Shown here: positions 1-11,470 of the stretch, piece by piece
Numbering within the stretch: position 1 is the stretch's first letter
How the letters are laid out: every line of letters starts with the position of its first letter
Assembly (NCBI RefSeq): GCF_011745625.1
Contig: NW_027191471.1
Span: 418,705 to 438,704, forward strand
From: Cladosporium halotolerans
Taxonomy: Eukaryota
Reading direction: 5' to 3'
DNA length: 20,000 bases
The notes under the pieces: generated by a model
The model's input: the letters and a program-made list of their open reading frames with translations, nothing else
Database searches by the model: none
What the model was told of the DNA's origin: nothing
Program-made: the position numbers and the translations under genes

Positions 1-409
1 GCGTATGCGGCTGCCTGAGTGGCTCGTACCTCGTTGAAGTAGACGTTCATGCGCTCGAGCTGGAGGTCAGACGTGCCATTGTACCTGATACGCGTCAGAT
101 GAGTCTTTCTTGCGTTCGATGGGTGTAAACATACACGCCGGAACCGTCGAGGCCATGCTCGCCGGAGATGGTCTGCCAGAATGCAGCACCAATTTGATTG
201 CCCTTGATGGATGTTAATCACGCGCTCTTGAGTCTCATCATCGGATCTGAAGCGCTGTACGTACGCACTGGCCGGTTTGGAGGTGAACCTGCGAGCGAAG
301 AGCCGGTTAGCACTGTGTTGTCCTCAGGGAAGCCCACAGACGCGGGGCACGCGTGTTTGTTTCAGGGGCCTGGTCGGCGGCGGCGGGCGGTACGTACGAT
401 CTCGCGCAT
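1..409 (-). CDS. tub2: Beta-tubulin, 5' part (gene continues off the left edge)
   Basis: Exons 409-398, 288-265, 202-135 and 84-30 splice to [53 protein letters not shown] (53 codons). GT-AG introns at 397-289, 264-203 and 134-85; a fourth intron starts at 29 (GTACGA). Not captured by the ORF track because the exons are short. Confidence 0.98.
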
Positions 410-752
410 GTTGGGAATCTTGGGCGACTGTTTTGGGGGTGTGGGTTTGAGAGGGAGGGTGACTCGGCGTCGGGCGGCGTGTCGAGGGAGGACGGGGTGG
501 TGGTGAGGCGGAGAGGTGTTTGTTGGCGGTGTGCGTGGGCGAGGCAGGCAGGCAGGCGGCTCGAATGTTTTGGGGGAAGCAGCCAACCGCAGCTTTTGCC
601 CTGGCCGGCGCGTGGGCCAGCGCGACCGTGCGCCACGCTAGCCGCCTTGGCGGGAAAGTCGCCGCCGCCGACTTTCACTTCGATGTGCCGAAAGCTGCAG
701 GCTGCTTTGGGAAGGAGCGCGAGTGCGAGAGATCTTGCCGTACCACCACACA

Positions 753-1620
753 ATGGCCGCCCTCAGACCCTCGCTGGCGCCGTCTGCGTTCGCCCTGCAC
801 TCGCGGCAACTGCAGCGCATGCTCGCGCGCCCCGTGGGCCTCCGCTATGCCTCCTCGAAACCCCCGCCGCCGAAGCCTCGACTGCTCGAGAAGCCTGAAC
901 GCTTCAATCCGCCCTCACACCCGTCTCGTCTTCGCTCCAAGCCTAGATCTTATGGCGCGCCTCTGTCCGATCGCGAGCGCCAGGCGCAAAAGACCAGGAC
1001 GTATCCCCACATGATGCCGGCGGAAGGAACGTTCACGTATTGGTTCCTTACAAACAAGACAATACACCTTTGGATTTCTATAGTATGTACGTTGAGCATA
1101 CATAAAAGATCAGTTGCTGACTCGGAACCAGGGAATCCTCGTCACGCTCACTGTCGGCGTATGGCTTGGAGACTTCCTCCACTCGACACCCTACATGGAT
1201 TTGCTCCCGCCCAACAATATGTTCTTCGCGCATCCTTTCACATTCCTCGGACGCTACATCGAGGTGTACCAAATGCACTCTGAATACGTTACCGCTCAGA
1301 CTGCCGAGATGCGACGACAGAAAGTGGAGGATGTTAAGAGGCGTTCAGAGTTCCGCAAGGCGCATGGGCTGGAGGATGAAGACGAAGGCAAGTTTGGCGG
1401 TTGGACTGCGAAGAAAGACGATGAAGTGCTTGGCCCGACACCGGCAATGAGGGAAGGCGGTCAGGCAGCGCCGGAGACCCAATCATCTATCGCCATGGAT
1501 TTGGCGACGGCGGCTCCAGCAACGGGAAGTGCACCAGTCAAAAATGCTGGCCCTGCGACTTATGTCGATTTCGACGGAAAGACTCAACCAGTTCAGAAGA
1601 AGTGGTTTGGCATTTGGTGA
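753..1620 (+). CDS. Uncharacterised protein (~272 aa), predicted mitochondrial single-pass membrane protein
   Basis: Exons 753-1082 and 1132-1620; 49-nt intron GTATGT...GCTGAC...CAG joins the two ORF-track ORFs in frame. The N-terminus is rich in R/S/A/L, lacks acidic residues and ends in ...LRYASS (presequence-like). Hydrophobic segment IHLWISIGILVTLTVGVWLG; C-terminus KKWFGIW. Confidence 0.85.
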
Positions 1621-2448
1621 TTTCGGTCAATGATCTATTTCAAATCGATGCTCTTAGCGACGAATTGGCCATGCTCCCACACTGCGCATACAAGGACATG
1701 CTCAATGCCAGAGCTACAGGATTCAGAAAGCACTAGGCTTTCATGCTCATGATATACGGACGACGCTGTTTTCGGGGACACACCTCTCTCTGTGCCGGAA
1801 TCACTTTGATGGATCCCAATGATGCGCGCCTAGTCGCGGCCCTCGTGTGAGCGATGCCTTATGGAGGCGATGTATAAACCATGTATGATAACAAAGAAGA
1901 CGTTTGTCTATTCAATCTCTCTGCTATGCGTCTCGTTCCAATATGAAGTATCCATGATCGAGGGAGTTCATGAGAATTTCGTAGTTCATGAGCCGTAAGG
2001 ACGAGCACGAGCGTGTGCGCAGTAAGCCTACGATTTGCAATAACCACATGCCCACGCGACCATGCAATAACGTTATCGATTGCACATGAAAATTACGATC
2101 TCATGAAAGTCGGATCACAGGCTTGTCTCACCAAAATACCGCGCCCTTCTCTCATTGGGCGTCGCCGTCCATTTGACTCGACTTGAGCTCTCCCCCCATT
2201 CCGCGCGGGCGTTGCCGCAAGAGCATCGCGACCCTGCAGCAGCACACTTGCAGCCAGCCCAGTGCTCTGTACATCACCGTACCAACACCACCTCGGCCTA
2301 CCATCCCCCCACACTCCATCCGACGACATCCTCGCACACATCATCGCCTGCGCACAGCGATCGCGACACCATCTCTACACCCATTCCTTTTCCTCGCGGT
2401 GTGTGAGGCGGCCTGCATGCGTGTCAAGTGAAAAGGACATCCGAGACC

Positions 2449-3747
2449 ATGCAGCACGTCTTCACTCACCAGAACCCGTATCACCAACCGGACTGGCAGC
2501 ACCACGCTCACGGTCCGTCGCAGCACCATTACGCTCAGAGTCAAGCTGCAGCTGCGGCCACCGCGGCCGCCGCGGCCCAACAGCAGCAACAGCAGCAGCA
2601 TTATGGACGCATGAATCAGAACGGAGGCGCAGGCGCGAACGGAGGTATGGGTCAGGGACTCGGTCCTGCACGTGAGCTGCAGGATGGCAGTATATTTGGC
2701 GCTGGCGACTCCATCAGTGAAGAGAACAGGAGGGTGTTGGAGTGGATTGCTCAGGTCCTCAATGCGAACACCAGGGAGAGCGCGCTCCTGGAGCTGAGCA
2801 AGAAAAGAGAGCAGGTTCCGGAGCTGGCACTTATCTTGTGGCATTCGTTCGGTGCGTACATCTTGTCCATTGCGATCGCAAGGCCAACATTGACATTCAG
2901 ACAGGCGTCATGACGTCCCTGCTGCAAGAGATCATCTCAGTATACCCTCTGCTCAACCCCTCGCAGCTCACTGCAGCGGCTAGCAACCGTGTCTGCAACG
3001 CGCTGGCTCTACTACAATGTGTTGCCTCTCACAGCGATACGCGTGGCCTCTTCTTGGGTGGTATGTCCATTACTTTTCGGTTTGGCGCATCCATCGACTG
3101 ACACATCTGCGTAGCTCACATTCCTCTCTTCCTGTATCCTTTCCTCAACACCACCTCCAAATCCCGACCCTTTGAGTACCTCCGCCTGACTTCCCTCGGC
3201 GTCATTGGCGCCCTCGTCAAGAACGATTCCTCAGAAGTCATCAACTTCCTCCTTACCACCGAGATCATTCCTCTCTGCCTGCGCATCATGGAAACTGGCT
3301 CAGAGCTCAGCAAGACCGTCGCTATCTTTATTGTTCAGAAGATCCTGCTTGACGACATGGGACTGCAGTACATATGCCAGACCTACGAGCGATTCTATGC
3401 CGTTGGAACCGTCCTAAGTAACATGGTTACCCAACTGGTCGATCAGCAGACTGTGAGGCTGCTGAAGCATGTTGTCAGGTGTTTCCTCAGGTATGTGAAG
3501 CGTCAATACTGCAACCTCACCAACTACTGCTAACAAATTTTCAAGACTTTCCGACAACGCTCGTGCTCGCGAGGCGCTCCGCCAGTGCCTCCCTGAGCCT
3601 CTGCGCGACGCCACCTTCTCCCCAGTCTTGAGAGACGACGCTGCCACTAAGCGTTGCCTGGCTCAGCTTCTCCTGGCCCTTTCCGACCAAGCAGAACCTA
3701 CAATGACCTCTTCTTATGGCCCACACCAGCAGAGTCTGTTGCCCTGA
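2449..3747 (+). CDS. rcd1: CCR4-NOT subunit 9 (Rcd1/Caf40/CNOT9), ~378 aa
   Basis: Exons 2449-2851, 2905-3060, 3115-3490 and 3546-3747 total 1137 nt. Introns are GTGCGT..CAG, GTATGT..TAG and GTATGT..AAG. Family motifs [63 protein letters not shown] and [21 protein letters not shown]. Confidence 0.97.
2545..2598 (+). repeat. Coding poly-Ala/poly-Gln tract in the Rcd1 N-terminal extension
   Basis: GCN-rich run followed by (CAR)7, encoding [18 protein letters not shown]. Confidence 0.85.
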
Positions 3748-4851
3748 TTGACAAGATCGCCATATTACTCAACATGGTCTATCTTGCTTGCCAGACAGCC
3801 AAACGGAATAATCTCTCGATCTCAACGAGACCTGTACAAACCTAATGGGCACTGCACGCTTCTGCTACGAGAAACCGCAAATACTCATCGGGTTAGTAGC
3901 GATACGCGGCACTAGTACTGTGTGGTCCATGGTCTTCACAGAAGTCCGCAAATACCCGACCTTTCTAACGACAGATATAACGACATCTCCCAACAACGAT
4001 CAGTCCTGCGGGGAGCACTGGAAAGCAGCACTGAAAACCTGATCCCTTCACATCACTATCAGCAACATCATCACCGATCGACGGGAGGCTTATATACCCC
4101 CCTCTCCTCCCTCGATTCAAAACACATTTGTGCATTTTGCGGTCAAGGAAGTACGAAAAATCCGGGGTTTCTATGCATGGCATGCAGGAAGCGTGCTTGA
4201 CAAAAAGGTACGATTTTGTGGATGCGAATTCTTCCCTATCCCCATTCCCCCCTTCCCTGCGAGGCGTTTTTTGCGATCGGGTCCGCAGCTTTACCGCCGC
4301 GCCCGCAAACGTTCATGAGGAGGTCTTGTTTTCTTTTTGCGGTCCTTGACGATGGGGAAACGAAGATGTCTTCATGCTCTTGTTTTGGGTGGGAAGAGCT
4401 CGCGCGGCGTGGGGATTGATTTTTGGGTCAGAGGTCACTTTTTTCGGTCTTTTGTTGTACGACTACATTCGGTGCTCGAAGGAAATGTCAATACCTAGCG
4501 GTAGTGCGAGCGTGTGTGAATAGTAGGAATCGATTCTTTGTCTTCATCCTTCGCCCTTCAATGGTCACGTGCTTGAAGGAGGGTGAGCAGTACCATCAAG
4601 AAAGCTTCCGGCGCGCTGGACTCCAAAGCCCATCGGCAGCCACGCCGGCACTTCGGGCCCGCGGACGCCGAGTCGCATTCGAAGATTCATATCGCCGCCC
4701 TGCCAAGGCTATAGCTGCCGGTTTGATGTCTTGACATTGTCGTGATTTCTCTCCCTAGTCCTCTCTAGACACTCTTCTCAATTTGCCTCTCCGATCTGTT
4801 GTCTTCGGATTTGACAAACTGCGCTGTTTCTTCCAGCCGCTGTGCGTTGAG

Positions 4852-4919
4852 TTGGCCGGGTCGTCACTCCAAGCCTCGAAGCCGAAGTTCCCATTGGCCC
4901 GTTCTTGGCCGGGTCGTCA
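4852..4919 (+). promoter_or_regulatory. 15-bp direct repeat upstream of the MFS gene (candidate transcription-factor sites)
   Basis: TTGGCCGGGTCGTCA occurs identically at 4852-4866 and 4905-4919. The regulatory role is inference. Confidence 0.5.
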
Positions 4920-5102
4920 TTTGGCATTTGGGAGGGCGTCATTTTGCTTTAGGACCACGACTTCGAGACGGTTGCTTATGAATCCGTGTTGCTGAAGGGA
5001 GAAGGAGAGTATAGGTGGAAGAGGGTATATCTATCTGGTCTGCGTCCATTTTTTGGAAATATCGGGGCTCATCAAGTCGTCGACCACAGCGTCGGATCAT
5101 AC

Positions 5103-5126
5103 CTTACATTGGAGCTTACATTGGAG
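5103..5126 (+). repeat. Perfect 12-bp tandem duplication
   Basis: CTTACATTGGAG twice (5103-5114 and 5115-5126), about 60 nt upstream of the MFS ATG. Confidence 0.9.
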
Positions 5127-5184
5127 ACTACCTCTCTATTTCGCCTGAGCGATCTAATACAAGTACTTTGGAGGTTTCGATACC

Positions 5185-6818
5185 ATGTCTCAATCATCTG
5201 AGGTTGTGGCAAACAACGCGGTCATGGACCGCAACCAAGACATCGACCCGGCGACGATCGAAGGCGAATCAGAAAAGGCACGCATCGAGCGCCTAGGCCG
5301 CTCGCGACCAGAGAAGCTGGGCTCCGCATGGAAGGAATTCGGTTTTATCTTCTCAGTCACAATGGCCCAGCTTCTGACCGAGTACTTCGTCTCCGGTTTC
5401 GTAGTTCTTGTCCCGACGGTCACAAGAGCACTTGACATCCCAGCCGCATCCGCGACCTGGCCCGCCAGTGCCTTCTCGCTCGTCGTTTCGTCCTTCCTGA
5501 TTCCTTTCGGCCGTCTGGCAGACATCTATGGTGGATTCCCTGTCTATCTGGCAGGGTGCCTGTGGACAGCCATCTGGTCACTCATCGGCGGCTTCTCCCA
5601 GAACGAGCTCATGCTGGATTTCTGCCGTGCTATCCAGGGATTGGGCCCGGCGGCGTACCTACCTGCGAGCCTTACCTTGCTGGGCAGCATGTACAGACCT
5701 GGGCCGAGGAAGAACCTCGTCTTTAGCGTCTATGGTTCTATGGCGCCGCTGGGCTTCTTCGTTGGCATCTTCTTCGCCGGCGTCGCTGGAGAGTATGCCG
5801 GCTGGCAGTGGTATTTCTACATCGGCGCCATCCTGACGTTCTTGACCGCCGTCGTGGCGTATTTCACCATACCGTCGGATCACCAAGAGCGCAAGAACAA
5901 CGGAGTCAAGATGGACTGGTACGGCACCGCAGCGGTGGTCTCCGGCCTAATTCTGGTCGTCTTTGCAATCACGCAGTCCAGCCATGCTTCCGACGGATGG
6001 GCAACGCCATACATCCCAGTCACGCTCGTTTTGGGTATTCTGATGTTAGGCGTGGCATTCTACGTCGAGGGCTGGATCGCAGAGCAGCCACTTCTGCCGT
6101 TCGAGGTCTTCAGGATCAAGTATATGCGTCCGTTCATCCTCGCACTGCTCTTCGCTTACGGCACACTGGGCATCTACTTGCTCTACGCCACATACTAGTA
6201 AGTTCAACACACACGGCATGACAGCGAGAACGATCATTGACTTAGCTCCTTAATAGCATCACAAACATCATGGGCGCCAGCCCAATGCAAGTGGTCGCGT
6301 GGTACGTTCCCATGGCCGTCGGCGGCTGCATACTGGCGGGCGTCGGCGCCTTGATCCTGCACCGCATCCCCGGCACGTTTCTCGCCGTTCTCACATGCCT
6401 GGCGATCATCGTCGACAGCTTGCTGTTCGCGATCGCACCAGAGGACGCCGGCTACTGGGCCTGGGTGTTCCCGGCGATGATCTGCGCGACTTTGGCAATC
6501 GACCTGATTTTCAGCGTGGCGAACATCTTCCTCAGCAGTACGCTGCCTGCGCGGCAGCAGGGCCTTGCGGGCGGGCTGGCGAATGCGCTGCTGCAGCTGA
6601 GCATTGCCATTTTGCTGGGGTTTTCGGACATCATTGCCGCGTTCACCAGCTATCAGGGCGAAAAGCAGAGTTACAAGAATGTCTTCTGGTTTGAGCTGGC
6701 GTGTGGCGCCGCAGCTTTGGTGATATTTGTTGGATTCGTGAGAATTGATAGCGCGAAGAGCGATTTGACTGCGGATGAAAAGGAGGCGTTGGCTAGAGAG
6801 GCTGAGCCCTCTGCGTGA
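5185..6818 (+). CDS. MFS drug:H+ antiporter, DHA2/Atr1-like, ~524 aa
   Basis: Exons 5185-6197 and 6257-6818; intron 6198-6256 (GTAAGT...TTGAC...TAG). MFS motif A-like GRLADIYG, RAIQGLGPAA, YRPGPRKN and DWYG, with many hydrophobic helices. Confidence 0.92.
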
Positions 6819-7317
6819 TTGTGTCGGAGCATAGCATAGCGGCTGTTCGTATCGCGATTATTGATATTATCATGTGTTTCGTTTCCGCGGTGGTCGAGAC
6901 CCGGAAAGTTGTACACTTGTCGGCTTGCGCGTCGGCCGCGTCCGGGGTACATGTGCCTTGTACCGGGTCATGCGCTCATTGTTATTTCGCAGGAGGAAAT
7001 GAAGTGAAGCCGGAGTCATTTGCAAGTATATAGGACTCGTCGTTAATGCAATTACTGTGCGCATGTCATGTCGCTCAGCAAAAAGACCAAACAATAAATG
7101 CGCCCTCCCACGCGATCGGCGTGTTGTGGCCGCTCAGCAAATCAGGAGACGCCAAGCGGGGCCCTGAGGGAGGCACGGCCGCTTGAATCCAACGTTGCCC
7201 TTGTGCGTGCGCCTTCACCGATAGCAGCCGGTGCCTCGACCACCCAACTGCCAACTCCATCCCATCCCAACACCACCGCCGCACCACTCATACCGAGGAT
7301 CAGCAGTGTCACACTTG

Positions 7318-8355
<1,038 letters not shown>

Positions 8356-9080
8356 AGTCGCAGCGGCGCCGCGATCCCGCCCACGCACAAACCGCGCGAA
8401 AACCATCACGTTCGATCACGAGAAGCGCGCGAGCCGAGAATACGTGCGCACGCGAAACCCTTTTAGAACAAACACGTTACGATGAAAGCATTCTTCTTGC
8501 GATTCGCGGAGGAAAGGGGAGGTGAAGGAGGTCTGAGACCTCTCTTTTCGAGGGGACAGTAGCGGAAGGCGGAAGATGGGAGAAGTCATTGTTTGCCGAG
8601 AGAATGGGAAAGGGCGGTCTGGGAATCGGGTTGTGTATGCTAGGGCGTCTCGATGCGATTATCCTTGCGAAATACGGCTGCGATTTTCACGTTTTTTTCG
8701 ATAAAATGCAATACCATTCTCGTCTTCTTTTGAACAGGCACTCCTCCCAGGCGACCTAGTGTGACAGCACACCACACTTGACAGAGCGGACTGAGTCGTT
8801 GGGGGTTCGAGGGACGCACGAGGCTTTTCGCTGGGTTGGGGCGCGCTCGTCCTCGCTCTCAGCACTGGATCTGGTCTATCACCACATGCCAACGCCGACC
8901 GTCACTCGATTGCAGGATCACAGGACCTTGAATAGTCCATTCCTTGGACATGCGACTGGACTTGCTCAGGAGTTCTAATCCCCTTCGTACGATCACACAA
9001 ATGGCAGTCTGCGATCAAGGCAGACATCGATCTCTCGCTGAAGGCTGACCCGGCCCAGCTTAACCAGCAACAGATCTCAC

Positions 9081-10805
9081 TCACACCCGCGCCATCCACT
9101 TCACCAATCCTTTCCCACATTTCACAGTGGACCTCCATAGCCATCCTGTCTGCAAGCTTCCGCTCACGAACCCGAACGTCATCAGCGCCGCCCAACTCAG
9201 GACCAAGACCAAACTGAAGGCGACCCAGAACTGGCCGACGGTGTATTCCATGTTTCCCAGCGGGACGCTGAAGTATGCCATGACGAGGCTCGCCGGCAAG
9301 AACAGGATCGTGAACTTCGTCAGCAGGAGCGTGATGCGGGTCAGATGCTCGACATCGAGAGACTCTTTAAGTGTCAGGAGGGAGAAGTTCTGTAGGTTTT
9401 CGTCAGCGAACCGGTATTCTGGGCCCCTAATCCGCTCGCGGTGGCTTACCAATGACACGAGCGACTCCTTCTGCTTCAGATACTCCTCAATCTCATTGAG
9501 CGCGTACAAATCCATCAGGTCCCGCAACCGTGCGAACCTCACCCTCGCCGGCGAACTCAGCGACACGCCCAACATACTCCGCTTCTCCATCACAATTCCA
9601 ATACCTCTCACCGTATCCACACTCCCAGAATCGCTACTATTACTCACAACCCTGGAGTTCTCCAGACTGGCAGTCGTAGGCGCCAACGGCTCCAGCATTC
9701 GATCGATAAGGCGATTGTAGGCCTCATAATGACGGCGCAGCACGCCGAGCTCCTTGCCTATCCGATCCAGACGGTCGATATGCGCCAGCTTCGGCGCAGC
9801 GAGCATGTCTCTACGCAGCGAAGAGAGCTCCGTGCCGTACCGGCTTTCCTTGCGGGTGATTAGCGTATAGCTATTGTGCCAATTCTCGAACAAGTAGTAG
9901 AGCAGCAAGCCTGGGGTGTCAGAGGCGCGGTGCGCGGATTCCTCGCGCGTGTCGCCGAGGCGGGAGCGGAGGGGCAGCAGAGTCATTGGGTTGCGGGCGT
10001 TGATGGGGTCCGAGTCGATGAGGGAGAGCGAGCGGAAGACGTTCGTCTGGTTGCGCCGGGTTTCGTGGAAGATGCGGAGCTGCATGGGCGAGAGGAGATT
10101 GGTGGAGGCGTAGGGGAAGGGGTCTTCGTTGATGCCGATGACGGTCTTGTCTGTTGTCAGAAGAAGCCAGGTCCAGACGCGGTGGCAGTGGGGGAGGTGG
10201 CCTTCGTCGAAGACGTCGCAGTCGTCGTCGGCGGAGGTGGTGAGCTTCGTCCCGTAGAGGGAGTTGTAGCCTAGGCAGACGTAGTTGCGGCCAAAGTCGA
10301 TGCTGGAGTAGTGCCAGAGGTCGTTGGCGATGCGGTAGATGTTGCCGCCTCTGCTCGACTCGTGGCTGATCATTGATACATGGTCGGATAGCTCGTCTGA
10401 GCCTCTGCTGCTCTCTGTGTCGGTTGAGGAGGAATGAGGGCTGTTCTTCCATAGCTTGCGTGCTTTACGCTGTGGTCTGTGACTCGACGCAGAAACTTGC
10501 GGTTGCATCGGATCAGAGCACATCAGCCCAAGCAGCCGTGGTGAGAAATCGTACAGTCTTGCGAGCGTCTCGATCAACTGCTTCTGTCGCTGCGGATACC
10601 AAATGTTGATCCATCTCGCGTTGACGTTCGCCGGACGTTCATGGTCCAACACCTCTTCAAAGCTGGAGTGACTCAAATTGAACGCTACATGGGCACTCTC
10701 TTCTCCAAAGTCGAGAATGAAGTTCTTCGTGGCAGCGTCCCGGGTTTGGTCGATGAGTTCATCGGCGATCTCGTCGTCGTCGAGGTTTTCGAAAACGATA
10801 CTCAT
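9081..10805 (-). CDS. CorA-like membrane protein (fungal family with two C-terminal TM helices), ~554 aa after splicing
   Basis: 574-aa ORF containing a predicted 60-nt intron at 9449-9390 (GTAAGC..GCTGAC..CAG). A large soluble domain and helical stalk are followed by LTRITLLLTKFTILFLPASLVMAYFS and a second TM helix (FWVAFSLVLVLSWAALMTFGFV). Family assignment is from topology and sequence pattern; the start codon is less certain. Confidence 0.75.
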   Translation of the reverse strand: MSIVFENLDDDEIADELIDQTRDAATKNFILDFGEESAHVAFNLSHSSFEEVLDHERPANVNARWINIWYPQRQKQLIETLARLYDFSPRLLGLMCSDPMQPQVSASSHRPQRKARKLWKNSPHSSSTDTESSRGSDELSDHVSMISHESSRGGNIYRIANDLWHYSSIDFGRNYVCLGYNSLYGTKLTTSADDDCDVFDEGHLPHCHRVWTWLLLTTDKTVIGINEDPFPYASTNLLSPMQLRIFHETRRNQTNVFRSLSLIDSDPINARNPMTLLPLRSRLGDTREESAHRASDTPGLLLYYLFENWHNSYTLITRKESRYGTELSSLRRDMLAAPKLAHIDRLDRIGKELGVLRRHYEAYNRLIDRMLEPLAPTTASLENSRVVSNSSDSGSVDTVRGIGIVMEKRSMLGVSLSSPARVRFARLRDLMDLYALNEIEEYLKQKESLVSLVSHRERIRGPEYRFADENLQNFSLLTLKESLDVEHLTRITLLLTKFTILFLPASLVMAYFSVPLGNMEYTVGQFWVAFSLVLVLSWAALMTFGFVSGSLQTGWLWRSTVKCGKGLVKWMARV

Positions 10806-11470
10806 TCTATCTCACTTTGTTAACAGGGTTGCGATATTCTCAGAGTGACTTTTTGATGTAGCGAGCAGAAGACCGTGGACAATATTTAGAAAATAGAACA
10901 TTTTGGTAGAGAAGAAAGATCTATTTGCAAGGTTGAAGCCAGGTGCATAGAGTACAAAAAAGGTCTCACCGCGACAGCAGGTGTGATCATAACGTGTGTT
11001 TCGAGATCAATAGATGTCGCCTGCCATAGACCACGTTACTCTTGCTTGACATCGCGTGCTGATCATGTGCTTTGCTCGCATGAGGCTTTGCAAGCCGGAG
11101 CCGAGACACAAGCTTCAGCTACAGCACCGTTAAGCAACAGCTCTGTGACTCAGGATCCCATTACTCGTTCTCCATGTCTGTGCCATGAAACGGAAACTCA
11201 TGAAAGATGTTCGACTTCTTCTCGCTATCTGGTCTCTTTTTATAGTATGCCAGCGATCCTTTAGGTGGTACTTATTCTTCCATTAATTTCACTGCCCCTC
11301 CCCCCTCACAGCGTCAACGAAATACAAAGGTTGTCCTACTTTAAGTCCCAACCTCTGTGAAGATCTTGGTTGTTCCGGCTTGTGGGCCACGTAATTGATC
11401 ACACCGACTCAAGCTACTTTGTTTCTGCTGTGCACGCGCGAGTGCTTTACATCCGACGGAGGCACCCAAG

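Noticed and set aside
198..1014. ORF-track ORFs overlapping the tubulin introns and the divergent promoter
   Set aside because: Explained by GC-rich sequence and the two real genes.
1965..2106. Short repeats AGTTCATGAG x2, TGCAATAAC x2 and several TCATGA
   Set aside because: 9-10 bp, two copies each and irregularly spaced; no array, terminal inverted repeat or TpA-rich RIP-like signature.
2896..2904. Tandem acceptors CAG-ACAG in rcd1 intron 1
   Set aside because: The first AG is only ~6 nt from the branch point and would frameshift; the second restores the conserved protein.
8805..8812. GGTTCGA T-loop-like motif (similar motifs near 114, 8410 and 11209)
   Set aside because: No T-stem, A-box or cloverleaf around any of them, so not tRNAs.
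10807..10990. Possible upstream exon and intron for the CorA-like gene (ATG 10990, GTGAGA 10969, GTTAAC, TAG ending 10807)
   Set aside because: The spliced product is out of frame with the main ORF and the branch site is weak. At most a leader intron, not supportable without RNA data.
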